Source of the DNA: the human T2T-CHM13v2.0 reference genome, Homo sapiens
DNA length: 64,000 nt
NCBI RefSeq assembly: GCF_009914755.1
Contig: NC_060925.1
Direction: 5' to 3' (one strand)
The position numbers were made by a program, and so were the translations under genes. Shown in pieces: positions 1 through 13,371 of the stretch. Positions within the stretch are counted from its first letter, which is position 1. Every line of letters starts with the position of its first letter. The notes below the pieces were generated by a model. It searched no databases. It worked only from the letters and a program-made list of their open reading frames with translations, and had not been told where the DNA came from.

Positions 1-56
1 TTAGGAAACACTTTGCTTGTAAAGTCTGCAAGTGGATATTCAGACCTCTTTGAGGC

Positions 57-73
57 CTTCGTTGGAAACGGGA
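57..73 (+). promoter_or_regulatory. CENP-B box (first example; recurs about every 340 bp through the window)
   Basis: CTTCGTTGGAAACGGGA matches the 17 bp CENP-B box with core NTTCGNNNNANNCGGGN. Confidence 0.97.
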
Positions 74-123
74 TTTCTTCATATTCTGCTAGACAGAAGA
101 ATTCTCAGTAACTTCCTTGTGTT

Positions 124-1823
124 GTGTGTATTCAACTGACAGAGTTGAACTTTCATTTAGAGAGAGCGGATTTGAAACACTGTTTTTGTGGAATTTGCAA
201 GTGGAGATTTCAAGCGCTTTGGGGCCAAAGGCAGAAAAGGAAATATCTTCGTATAAAAACTAGACAGAATCATTCTCAGAAACTGCTGCGTGATGTGTGC
301 GTTCAACTCTCAGAGTTTAACTTTTCTTTTCATTCAGCGGTTTGGAAACACTCTGTTTGTAAAGTCTGCACGTGGATATTTTGACCACTTAGAGACCTTC
401 GTTGGAAACGGGTTTTTTTCATGTAAGGCTAGACAGAAGAATTCCCAGTAACTTCCTTGTGTTGTGTGCATTCAACTCACAGAGTTGAACGTTCCCTTAG
501 ACAGAGCCGATTTGAAACACTCTATTTGTGCAATTGGCAAGTGTAGATTTCAAGCGCTTTAAGGTCAACGGCAGAAAAGGAAATATCTTCGTTTCAAAAC
601 TAGACAGAATCATTCCCACAAACTGCGTTGTGATGTGTTCGTTCAACTCACAGAGTTTAACATTTCTGTTCATAGAGCAGTTAGGAAACACTCTGTTTGT
701 AAAGTCTGTAAGTGGATATTCTGACATCTTGTGGCCTTCGTTGGAAACGGGATTTCTTCATATTCTGCTAGACAGAAGAATTCACAGTAACTTCCTTGTG
801 TTGTGTGTATTCAACTCACAGAGTTGAACGATCCTTTACACACAGCAGACTTGAAACACTCTTTTTGTGTAATTTGCAAGTGGAGATTTCAGCCGCTTTG
901 AGGTCAATGGTAAAAAAGGAAACTATCTTCGTATAAAGATTAGACAGAATGATTCTCAGAAACTCCTTTGTGATGTGTGTGTTCAACTCACAGAGTTTAA
1001 CTTTTCTTTTCATAGAGCAGTTAGGAAACACTCTGTTTGTAAAGTCTGCAAGTGGATATTCAGACCTCTTTGAGGCCTTCGTTGGAAACGGGATTTCTTC
1101 ATATTATGCTAGACAGAATAATTCTCAGTAACTTCCTTGTGTTGTGTGTATTCAACTCACAGAGTTGAACGATCCTTTACACAGAGCAGACTTGAAACAC
1201 TCTTTTTGTGGAATTTGCTAGTGGAGATTTCAGCCGCTTTGAGGTCAATGGTAGAATAGGAAATATCTTCCTATAGAAACTAGACAGAATGATTCTCAGA
1301 AACTCCTTTGTGATGTGTGCGTTCAACTCACAGAGTTTAACCTTTCTTTTCATAGAGCAGTTAGGAAACACTCTGTTTGTAAACTCTGCAAGTGGATATT
1401 CAGACCTCCTTGAGGCCTTCGTTGGAAACGGGATTTCTTCATATTCTGCTAGACAGAAGAATTCTCAGTAACTTCCTTGTGTTGTGTGTATTCAACTCAC
1501 AGAGTTGAACGATCCTTTACACAGAGCAGACTTGAAAAACTCTTTTCGTGGAATTTGCAAGTGGAGATTTCAGCCGCTTTGAGGTCAATGGTAGAAAAGG
1601 AAATATCTTCGTATAAAGACTAGACAGAATGATTCTCAGAAACTCCTTTGTGATGTGTGCGTTCAACTAACAGAGTTTAACCTTTCTTTTCATAGAGCAG
1701 TTAGGAAACACTCTGTTTGTAAAGTCTGCAAGTGGATATTCAGACCTCCTTGAGTCCTTTGTTGGCAACAGGATTTCTTCCTATTCTGCTAGACAGAAGA
1801 ATTTTCAGTAACTTCCTTGTGTT
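124..1823 (+). repeat. 10-mer HOR variant A-B-C3 (1700 bp)
   Basis: A dimers start at 124 and 1824; one C dimer carries a 1 bp insertion (GGAAACTATC near 920). Confidence 0.88.
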
Positions 1824-4800
1824 GTGTGTATTCAACTCACAGAGTTGAACTTTCATTTAGAGAGAGCAGATTTGAAACACTGTTTTTGTGGAATTTGCAA
1901 GTGGAGATTTCAAGCGCTTTGGGGCCAAAGGCAGAAAAGGAAATATCTTCGTATAAAAACTAGACAGAATCATTCTCAGAAACTGCTGCGTGATGTGTGC
2001 GTTCAACTCTCAGAGTTTAACTTTTCTTTTCATTCAGCGGTTTGGAAACACTCTATAAAGTCTGCACGTGGATATTTTGACCACTTAGAGGCCTTCGTTG
2101 GAAACGGTTTTTTTTTATGTAAGGCTAGACAGAAGAATTCCCAGTAACTTCCTTGTGTTGTGTGCATTCAACTCACAGAGTTGAACGTTCCCTTAGACGG
2201 AGCAGATTTGAAACACTCTATTTGTGCAATTTGCAAGTGTAGATTTCAAGCGCTTTAAGGTCAATGGCAGAAAAGGAAATATCTTCGTTTCAAAACTAGA
2301 GAGAATCATTCCCACAAACTGCGTTGTGATGTGTTCGTTCAACTCACAGAGTTTAACCTTTCTGTTCATAGAGCAGTTAGGAAACACTCTGTTTGTAAAG
2401 TCTGTAAGTGGATATTCTGACATCTTGTGGCCTTCGTTGGAAACGGGATTTCTTCATATTCTGCTAGACAGAAGAATTCTCAGTAACTTCCTTGTGTTGT
2501 GTGTATTCAACTCACAGAGTTGAACGATCCTTTACACAGAGCAGACTTGAAACACTCTTTTTGTGGAATTTGCAAGTGGAGATTTCAGCCGCTTTGAGGT
2601 CAATGTTAGAAAAGGAAATATCTTCGTATAAAGACCAGACAGAATGATTCTCAGAAACTCCTTTGTGATGTGTGCGTTCAACTCACAGAGTTTAACTTTT
2701 CTTTTCATAGAGCAGTTAGGAAACACTCTGTTTGTAAAGTCTGCAAGTGGATATTCAGACCTCTTTGAGGCCTTCGTTGGAAACGGGATTTCTTCATATT
2801 ATGCTAGACAGAATAATTCTCAGTAACTTCCTTGTGTTGTGTGTATTCAACTCACAGAGTTGAACGATCCTTTACAGAGAGCAGACTTGAAACACTCTTT
2901 TTGTGGAATTTGCAAGTGGAGATTTCAGCCGCATTGAGGTCAATGGTAGAAAAGGAAATATCTTCGTATAAAGACTAGACAGAATGATTCTCAGAAACTC
3001 CTTTGTGATGTGTGCGTTCAACTCACAGAGTTTAACCTTTCTTTTCATAGAGCAGTTAGGAAACACTCTGTGTGTAAAGTCTGCAAGTGGATATTCAGAC
3101 CTCCTTGAGGCCTTCGTTGGAAACGGGATTTCTTCATATTCTGCTAGACAGAAGAATTCTCAGTAACTTCCTTGTGTTGTGTGTATTCACCTCACAGAGT
3201 TGAATGATCCTTTACACAGAGCAGACTTGAAACACTCTTTTTGTGGAATTTGCAAGTGGAGATTTCAGCCGCTTTGAGGTCAATGGTAGAAAAGGAAACT
3301 ATCTTCGTATACAGACTAGACAGAATGATTCTCAGAAAATCCTTTGTGATGTGTGCGTTCAACTCACAGAGTTTAACTTTTCTTTTCATGGAGCAGTTAG
3401 GAAACACTCTGTTTGTAAAGTCTGCAAGTGGATATTCAGACCTCTTTGAGGCCTTCGTTGGAAACGGGATTTCTTCATATTATGCTAGACAGAATAATTC
3501 TCAGTAACTTCCTTGTGTTGTGTGTATTCAACTCACAGAGTTGAACGATCCTTTACAGAGAGCAGACTTGAAACACTCTTTTTGTGGAATTTGCAAGTGG
3601 AGATTTCAGCCGCTTTGAGGTCAATGGTAGAATAGGAAATTTCTTCCTATAGAAACTAGACAGAATGATTCTCAGAAACTCCTTTGGGATGTGTGCGTTC
3701 AACTCACAGAGTTTAACCTTTCTTTTCATAGAGCAGTTAGGAAACACTCTGTTTGTAAAGTCTGCAAGTGGATATTCAGACCTCTTTGAGGCCTTCGTTG
3801 GAAACGGGATTTCTTCATATTCTGCTAGACAGAAGAATTCTCAGTAACTTCCTTGTGTTGTGTGTATTCAACTCACAGAGTTGAACGATCCTTTACACAG
3901 AGCAGACTTGAAACACTCTTTTTGTGGAATTTGCAAGTGGAGATTTCAGCCGCTTTGAGGTCAATGGTAGAATAGGAAATATCTTCCAATAGAAACTAGA
4001 CAGAATGATTCTCATAAACTCCTTTGTGATGTGTGCATTCAAATCACAGAGTTTCACCTTTCTTTTCATAGAGCAGTTAGGAAACACTCTGTTTGTAAAG
4101 TCTGCAAGTGGATATTCAGACCTCTTTGAGGCCTTTGTTGGAAACGGGATTTCTTCATATTCTGCTAGACAGAGGAATTCTCAGTAACTTCCTTGTGTTG
4201 TGTGTATTCAACTCACAGAGTTGAACGATCCTTTACACAGAGCAGACTTGAAACACTCTTTTTGTGGAATTTGCAAGTGGAGATTTCAGCCGCTTTGAGG
4301 TCAATGGTAGAAAAGGAAATATCTTCGTATAAAGCCGAGACAGAATGATTCTCAGAAACTCCTTCGTGATGTGTGTGTTCAACTCACAGAGTTTAACTTT
4401 TCTTTTCATAGAGCAGTTAGGAAACACTCTGTAAAGTCTGCAAGTGGATATTCAGACCTCTTTGAGGCCTTCGTTGGAAACGGGATTTCTTCATATTATG
4501 CTAGACAGAATAATTCTCAGTAACTTCCTTGTGTTCTGTGTATTCAACTCACAGAGTTGAACGATCCTTTACAGAGAGCAGACTTGAAACACTCTTTTTG
4601 TGGAATTTGCAAGTGGAGATTTCAGCCGCTTTGAGGTCAATGGTAGAAAAGGAAATATCTTCGTATAAAGACTAGACAGAATGATTCTCAGAAACTCCTT
4701 TGTGATGTGTGCGTTCAACTCACAGAGTTTAACTTTTCTTTTCATAGAGCAGTTAGGAAACACTCTGTTTGTAAAGTCTGCAAGTGGATATTCAGACCTC

Positions 4801-5556
4801 TTTGAGGCCTTCGTTGGAAACGGGATTTCTTCATATTCTGCTAGACAGAAGAATTCTCAGTAACTTCCTTGTGTTGTGTGTATTCAACTCACAGAGTTGA
4901 ACGATCCTTTACAGAGAGCAGACTTGAAACACTCTTTTTGTGGAATTTGCAAGTGGAGATTTCAGAGGCTTTTGAGGTCAATGGTAGAACAGGAAATATC
5001 TTCCTATAGAAACTAGACAGAATGATTCTCATAAACTCCTTTGTGATGTGTGCGTTCAACTCACAGAGTTTAACCTTTCTTTTCATAGAGCAGTTAGGAA
5101 ACACTCTGTTTGTAAAGTCTGCAAGTGGATATTCAGACCTCTTTGAGACCTTCGTTGGAAACGGGATTTCTTCATATTCTGCTAGACAGAAGAATTCTCA
5201 GTAACTTCCTTGTGTTGTGTGTATTGAACTCACAGAGTTGAACGATCCTTTACACAGAGCAGACTTGAATCACTCTTTTTGTGGAATTTGCAAGTGGAGA
5301 TTTCAGCCGCTTTGAGGTCAATAGTAGAAAAGGAAATATCTTCGTAGAAAAACTAGACAGAATGATTCTCAGAAACTCCTTTGTGATGTGTGTGTTCAAC
5401 TCACAGAGTTTAACCTTTCTTTTCATAGAGCAGTTAGTAAACACTCTGTTTATAAAGTCTGCAAGTGGATATTCAGACCCCTTTGAGGCCTTCGTTGGAA
5501 ACGGGATTTCTTCATATTATGCTAGACAGAAGAATTCTCAGTAACTTCCTTGTGTT
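1824..5556 (+). repeat. 22-mer HOR variant A-B-C9 (3733 bp), the longest C-dimer run in the window
   Basis: No A or B dimer between ~2500 and 5557; nine consecutive GATCCTTTAC-type dimers. Confidence 0.88.
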
Positions 5557-8500
5557 GTGTGTATTCAACTGACAGAGTTGAACTTTCATTTAGAGAGAGC
5601 AGATTTGAAACACTGTTTTTGTGGAATTTGCAAGTGGAGATTTCAAGCGCTTTGGGGCCAAAGGCAGAAAAGGAAATATCTTCGTATAAAAACTAGAGAG
5701 AATCATTCTCAGAAACTGCTGTGTGATGTGTGCGTTCAACTCTCAGAGTTTAACTTTTCTTTTCATTCAGCGGTTTGAAAACACTCTGTTTGTAAAGTCT
5801 GCACGTGGATATTTTGACCACTTAGAGGCCTTCGTTGGAAACGGGTTTCTTTCATGTAAGGCTAGACAGAAGAATTCCCAGTAACTTCCTTGTGTTGTGT
5901 GCATTCAACTCACAGAGTTGAACGTTCCCTTAGACAGAGCAGATTTGAAACACTGTATTTGTGCAATTTGCAAGTGTAGATTTCAAGCGCTTTAAGGTCA
6001 ATGACAGAAAAGGAAATATCTTCGTTTCAAAACTAGACAGAATCATTCCCACAAACTGCGTTGTGATGTGTTCGTTCAACTCACAGAGTTTAACCTTTCT
6101 GTTCATAGAGCAGTTAGGAAACACTCTGTTTGTAATGTCTGTAAGTGGATATTCTGACATCCTGTGGCCTTCGTTGGAAACGGGATTTCTTCATATTCTG
6201 CTAGACAGAAGAATTCTCAGTAACTTCCTTGTGTTGTGTGTATTCAACTCACAGAGTTGAACGATCCTTTACACAGAGCAGACTTGAAACACTCTTTTTG
6301 TGGAATTTGCAAGTGGAGATTTCAGCCGCTTTGAGGTCAATGGTAGAAAAGGAAATATCTTCGTATAAAGACTAGACAGAATGATTCTCAGAAACTCCTT
6401 TGTGATGTGTGCGTTCAACTCACAGAGTTTAACCTTTCTTTTCATAGAGCAGTTAGGAAACACTCTGTTTGTAAAGTCTGCAAGTGGATATTCAGACCTC
6501 CTTGAGGCCTTCGTTGGAAACGGGATTTCTTCATATTCTGCTAGACAGAAGAATTCTCAGTAACTTCCTCGTGTTGTGTGTATTCAACTGACAGAGTTGA
6601 ACTTTCATTTAGAGAGAGCAGATTTGAAACACTGTTTTTGTGGAATTTGCAAGTGGAGATTTCAAGCGCTTTGGGGCCAAAGGCAGAAAAGGAAATATCT
6701 TCGTATAAAAACTAGACAGAATCATTCTCAGAAACTGCTGCGTGATGTGTGCGTTCAACTCTCAGAGTTTAACTTTTCTTTTCATTCAGCGGTTTGGAAA
6801 CACTCTGTTTGTAAAGTCTGCACGTGGATATTTTGACCACTTAGAGGCCTTCGTTGGAAACGGGTTTTTTTCATGTAAGGATAGACAGAAAAATTCCCAG
6901 TAACTTCCTTGTGTTGTGTGCATTCAACTCACAGAGTTGAACGTTCCCTTAGACAGAGCAGATTTGAAACACTGTATTTGTGCAATTTGCAAGTGTAGAT
7001 TTCAAGCGCTTTAAGGTCAATGACAGAAAAGGAAATATCTTCGTTTCAAAACTAGACAGAATCATTCCCACAAACTGCGTTGTGATGTGTTCGTTCAACT
7101 CACAGAGTTTAACCTTTCTGTTCATAGAGCAGTTAGGAAACACTCTGTTTGTAATGTCTGTAAGTGGATATTCTGACATCCTGTGGCCTTCGTTGGAAAC
7201 GGGATTTCTTCATATTCTGCTAGACAGAAGAATTCTCAGTAACTTCCTTGTGTTGTGTGTATTCAACTCACAGAGTTGAACGATCCTTTACACAGAGCAG
7301 ACTTGAAACACTCTTTTTGTGGAATTTGCAAGTGGAGATTTCAGCCGCTTTGAGGTCAATGGTAGAAAAGGAAATATCTTCGTATAAAGACTAGACAGAA
7401 TGATTCTCAGAAACTCCTTTGTGATGTGTGCGTTCAACTCACAGAGTTTAACCTTTCTTTTCATAGAGCAGTTAGGAAACACTCTGTTTGTAAAGTCTGC
7501 AAGTGGATATTCAGACCTCCTTGAGGCCTTCGTTGGAAACGGGATTTCTTCATATTCTGCTAGACAGAAGAATTCTCAGTAACTTCCTCGTGTTGTGTGT
7601 ATTCAACTGACAGAGTTGAACTTTCATTTAGAGAGAGCAGATTTGAAACACTGTTTTTGTGGAATTTGCAAGTGGAGATTTCAAGCGCTTTGGGGCCAAA
7701 GGCAGAAAAGGAAATATCTTCGTATAAAAACTAGACAGAATCATTCTCAGAAACTGCTGTGTGATGTGTGCGTTCAACTCTCAGAGTTTAACTTTTCTTT
7801 TCATTCAGCGGTTTGGAAACACTCTGTTTGTAAAGTCTGCACGTGGATATTTTGACCACTTAGAGGCCTTCGTTGGAAACGGGTTTTTTTCATGTAAGGC
7901 TAGACAGAAGAATTCCCAGTAACTTCCTTGTGTTGTGTGCATTCAACTCACAGAGTTGAACGTTCCCTTAGACAGAGCAGATTTGAAACACTCTATTTGT
8001 GCAATTTGCAAGTGTAGATTTCAAGCGCTTTAAGGTCAATGACAGAAAAGGAAATATCTTCGTTTCAAAACTAGACAGAATCATTCCCACAAACTGCGTT
8101 GGGATGTGTTCGTTCAACTCACAGAGTTTAACCTTTCTGTTCATAGAGCAGTTAGGAAACACTCTGTTTGTAAAGTCTGTAAGTGGATATTCTGACATCT
8201 TGTGGCCTTCGTTGGAAACGGGATTTCTTCATATTCTGCTAGACAGAAGAATTCTCAGTAACTTCCTTGTGTTGTGTGTATTCAACTCACAGAGTTGAAC
8301 GATCCTTTACACAGAGCAGACTTGAAACACTCTTTTTGTGGAATTTGCAAGTGGAGATTTCAGCCGCTTTGAGGTCAATGGTAGAAAAGGAAATATCTTC
8401 GTATAAAAACTAGACAGAATGATTCTCAGAAACTCCTTTGTGATGTGTGCGTTCAACTCACAGAGTTTAACCTTTCTTTTCATAGAGTAGTTAGGAAACA

Positions 8501-8613
8501 CTCAGTTTGTAAAGTCTGCAAGTGGATATTCAGACCTCCTTGAGGCCTTCGTTGGAAACGGGATTTCTTCATATTGTGCTAGACAGAAGAATTCTCAGTA
8601 ACTTCCTTGTGTT
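5557..8613 (+). repeat. Three consecutive canonical 6-mer HORs (A-B-C, 1019 bp each)
   Basis: A dimers at 5557, 6576, 7595 and 8614, spaced exactly 1019 bp. Confidence 0.92.
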
Positions 8614-11600
8614 GTGTGTATTCAACTGACAGAGTTGAACATTCATTTAGAGAGAGCAGATTTGAAACACTGTTTTTGTGGAATTTGCAAGTGGAGATTT
8701 CAAGCGCTTTGGGGCCAAAGGCAGAAAAGGTAATATCTTCGTATAAAAACTAGACAGAATCATTCTCAGAAACTGCTGTGTGATGTGTGCGTTCAACTCT
8801 CACAGTTTAACTTTTCTTTTCATTCAGGCGTTTGGAAACACTCTGTTTGTAAAGTCTGCACGTGGATATTTTGACCACTTAAAGGCCTTCGTTGGAAACG
8901 GGTTTTTTTCATGTAAGGCTAGACAGAAGAATTCCCAGTAACTTCCTTGTGTTCTGTGCATTCAACTCACAGAGTTGAACGTTCCCTTAGACAGAGCAGA
9001 TTTGAAACACTCTATTTGTGCAATTTGCAAGTGTAGATTTCAAGCGCTTTAAGGTCAATAACAGAAAAGGAAATATCTTCGTTTCAAAACTAGACAGAAT
9101 CATTCTCACAAACTGCGTTGTGATGTGTTCGTTCAACTCACAGAGTTTAACCTTTCTGTTCATAGAGCAGTTAGGAAACACTCTGTTTGTAATGTCTGTA
9201 AGTGGATATTCTGACATCTTGTGGCCTTCGTTGGAAACGGGATTTCTTCATATTCTGCTAGACAGAAGAATTCTCAGTAACTTCCTTGTGTTGTGTGTAT
9301 TCAACTCACAGAGTTGAACGATCCTTTACACAGAGCAGACTTGAAACACTCTTTTTGTGGAATTTGCAAGTGGAGATTTCAGCCGCTTTGAGGTCAATGG
9401 TAGAAAAGGAAATATCTTCGTATAAAGACTAGACAGAATGATTCTCAGAAAGTCCTTTGTGATGTGTGCGTTCAACTCACAGAGTTTAACCTTTCTTTTC
9501 ATAGAGCAGTTAGGAAACACTCTGTTTGTAAAGTCTGCAAGTGGATATTCAGACCTCTTTGAGGCCTTCGTTGGAAACGGGATTTCTTCATATTCTGCTA
9601 GACAGAAGAATTCTCAGTAACTTCCTTGTGTTGTGTGTATTCAACTCACAGAGTTGAACGATCCTTTACACAGAGCAGACTTGAAACACTCTTTTTGTGG
9701 AATTTGCAAGTGGAGATTTCAGCCGCTTTGAGGTCAATGGTAGAAAAGGAAATATCTTCGTATAAAGACGAGACAGAATGATTCTCAGAAACTCCTTTGT
9801 GATGTGTGTGTTCAACTCACAGAGTTTAACTTTTCTTTTCATAGAGCAGTTAGGAAACACTCTGTTTGTAAAGTCTGCAAGTGGATATTCAGACCTCTTT
9901 GAGGCCTTCGTTGGAAACGGGATTTCTTCATATTATGCTAGACAGAACAATTCTCAGTAACTTCCTTGTGTTGTGTGTATTCAACTCACAGAGTGGAACG
10001 ATCCTTTACAGAGAGCAGACTTGAAACACTCTTTTTGTGGAATTTGCAAGTGGAGATTTCAGCCGCTTTGAGGTCAATGGTAGAACAGGAAATATCTTCC
10101 TATAGAAACTAGACAGAATGATTCTCATAAACTCCTTTGTGATGTGTGCGTTCAACTCACAGAGTTTAACCTTTCTTTTCATAGAGCAGTTAGGAAACAC
10201 TCTGTTTGTAAAGTCTGCAAGTGGATATTCAGACCTCTTTGAGGCCTTCGTTGGAAACGGGATTTCTTCATATTCTGCTAGACAGAAGAATTCTCAGTAA
10301 CTTCCTTGTGTTGTGTGTATTCAACTCACAGAGTTGAACGATCCTTTACACAGAGCAGACTTGAAACACTCTTTTTGTGGAATTTGCAAGTGGAGATTTC
10401 AGCCGCTTTGAGGTCAATAGTAGAAAAGGAAATATCCTCGTAGAAAAACTAGACAGAATGATTCTCAGAAACTCCTTTGTGATGTGTGTGTTCAACTCAC
10501 AGAGTTTAACCTTTCTTTTCATAGAGCAGTTAGTAAACACTCTGTTTATAAAGTCTGCAAGTGGATATTCAGACCCCTTTGAGGCCTTCGTTGGAAACGA
10601 AATTTCTTCATATTACGCTAGACAGAAGAATTCTCAGTAACTTCTTTGTGTTGTGTGTATTCAACTGACAGAGTTGAACTTTCATGTAGAGAGAGCAGAT
10701 TTGAAACACTGTTTTTGTGGAATTTGTAAGTGGAGATTTCAAGCGCTTTGGGGCCAAAGGCAGAAAAGGAAATATCTTCGTATAAAAACTAGACAGAATC
10801 ATTCTCAGAAACTGCTGCGTGATGTGTGCGTTCAACTCTCAGAGTTTAACTTTTCTTTTCATTCAGCGGTTTGGAAACACTCTGTTTGTAAAGTCTGCAC
10901 GTGGATATTTTGACAACTTAGAGGCCTTCGTTGGAAACGGGTTTTTTTCATGTAAGGCTAGACAGAAGAATTCCCAGTAACTTCCTTGTGTTGTGTGCAT
11001 TCAACTCACAGAGTTGAAAGTTCCCTTAGACAGAGCAGATTTGAAACACTCTATTTGTGCAATTTGCAAGTGTAGATTTCAAGCGCTTTAAGGTCAACGG
11101 CAGAAAAGGAAATATCTTCGTTTCAAAACTAGACAGAATCATTCCCACAAACTGCGTTGTGATGTGTGCGTTCAACTCAAAGAGTTTAACCTTTCTTTTC
11201 ATAGAGCAGTTAGGAAACACTCTGTTTGTAAAGTCTGCAAGTGGATATTCAGACCTCCTTGAGGCCTTCGTTGGAAACGGGATTTCTTCATATTCTGCTA
11301 GACAGAAGAATTCTCAGTAACTTCCTTGTGTTGTGTGTATTCAACTCACAGATTTGAACGATCCTTTACACAGAGCAGACTTAAAACACTCTTTTTGTGG
11401 AATTTGCAAGTGGAGATTTCAGCCGCTTTGAGGTCAATGTTAGAAAAGGAAACTATCTTCGTATAAAAACTAGACAGAATGATTCTCAGAAACTCCTTTG
11501 TGATGTGTGTGTTCAACTCACAGAATTTAACCTTTCTTTTCATAGAGCAGTTAGTAAACACTCTGTTTATAAAGTCTGCAAGTGGATATTCAGACCCCTT

Positions 11601-13371
11601 TGAAGCCTTCGTTGGAAACGGGATTTCTTCATATTATGCTAGACAGAAGAATTCTCAGTAACTTCCTTGTGTTGTGTGTATTCAACTGACAGAGTTGAAC
11701 TTTCATTTAGAGAGAGCAGATTTGAAACACTGTTTTTGTGGAATTTGCAAGTGGAGATTTCAAGCGCTTTGTGGCCAAAGGCAGAAAAGGAAATATCTTC
11801 GTATAAAAACTAGACAGAATCATTCTCAGAAACTACTGCGTGATGTGTGCGTTCAACTCTCAGAGTTTAACTTTTCTTTTCATTCAGCGGTTTGGAAACA
11901 CTCTGTTTGTAAAGTCTGCACGTGGATATTTTGACCACTTAGAGGCCTTCGTTGGAAACGGGTTTTTTTCATGTAAGGCTAGACAGAAGAATTCCCAGTA
12001 ACTTCCCTGTGTTGTGTGCATTCAACTCACAGAGTTGAACGTTCCCTTAGACAGAGCAGATTTGAAACACTCTATTTGTGCAATTTGCAAGTGTAGATTT
12101 CAAGCGCTTTAAGGTCAATGGCAGAAAAGGAAATATCTTCCTTTCAAAACTAGACAGAATCATTCCCACAAACTGCGTTGTGACGTGTTCGTTCAACTCA
12201 CAGAGTTTAACCTTTCTGTTCATAGAGCAGTTAGGAAACACTCTGTTTGTAAAGTCTGTAAGTGGATATTCTGACATCTTGTGGCCTTCGTTGGAAACGG
12301 GATTTCTTCGAATTCTGCTAGACAGAAGAATTCTCAGTAACTTCCTTGTGTTGTGTGTATTCAACTCACAGAGTTGAACGATCCTTTACACAGAGCAGAC
12401 TTGAAACACTCTTTTTGTGGAATTTGCAAGTGGAGATTTCAGCCGCTTTGTGGTCAATGGGAGAAAAGGAAATATCTTCGTATAAAGACTAGACAGAATG
12501 ATTCTCAGAAACTCCTTTGTGATGTGTGCGTTCAACTCACAGAGTTTAACCTTTCTTTTCATAGAGCAGTTAGGAAACACTCTGTTTGTAAAGTCTGCAA
12601 GTGGATATTCAGACCTCTTTGAGGCCTTCGTTGGAAACGGGATTTCTTCATATTCTGCTAGACAGAAGAATTCTCAGTAACTTCCTTGTGTTGTGTGTAT
12701 TCAACTCACAGAGTTGAACGATCCTTTACAGAGAGCAGACTTGAAACACTCTTTTTGAGGATTTTGCAAGTGGAGATTTCAGCCGCTTTGAGGTCAATGG
12801 TAGAAAAGGAAATATCTTCGTATAAAGACTAGACAGAATGATTCTCAGAAACTCCTTTGTGATGTGTGCATTCAACTCACAGATTTTCACCTTTCTTTTC
12901 ATAGAGCAGTTAGGAAACACTCTGTTTGTAAAGTCTGCAAGTGGATATTCAGACCTCCTTGAGGCCTTCGTTGGAAACGGGATTTCTTCATATTCTGCTA
13001 GACAGAATAATTCTCAGTAACTTCCTTGTGTTGTGTGTATTCAACTCACAGAGTTGAACGATCCTTTACACAGAGCAGACTTGAAACACTCTTTTTGTGG
13101 AATTTGCAAGTGGAGATTTCAACCGCTTTGAAGTCAATAGTAGAAAAGGAAATATCTTCGTAAAAAACTAGACAGAATGATTCTCAGAAACTCCTTTGTG
13201 ATGTGTGTGTTCAACTCACAGAGTTTAACCTTTCTTTTCATAGAGCAGTTAGTAAACACTCTGTTTATAAAGTCTGCAAGTGGATATTCAGACCCCATTG
13301 AGGCCTTCGTTGGAAACGGGATTTCTTCATATTATGCTAGACAGAAGAATTCTCAGTAACTTCCTTGTGTT
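8614..13371 (+). repeat. HOR variants: 12-mer (2039 bp), 6-mer with B/C hybrid (1021 bp), 10-mer (1698 bp)
   Basis: A dimers at 8614, 10653, 11674 and 13372. Confidence 0.85.

Noticed and set aside
124-384. Cys/His-rich ORF (HCFCGIC, CKVC) resembling a zinc finger
   Set aside because: Cys richness follows from TGTG/TGT-rich satellite sequence; spacing does not match a known finger and there is no gene context.
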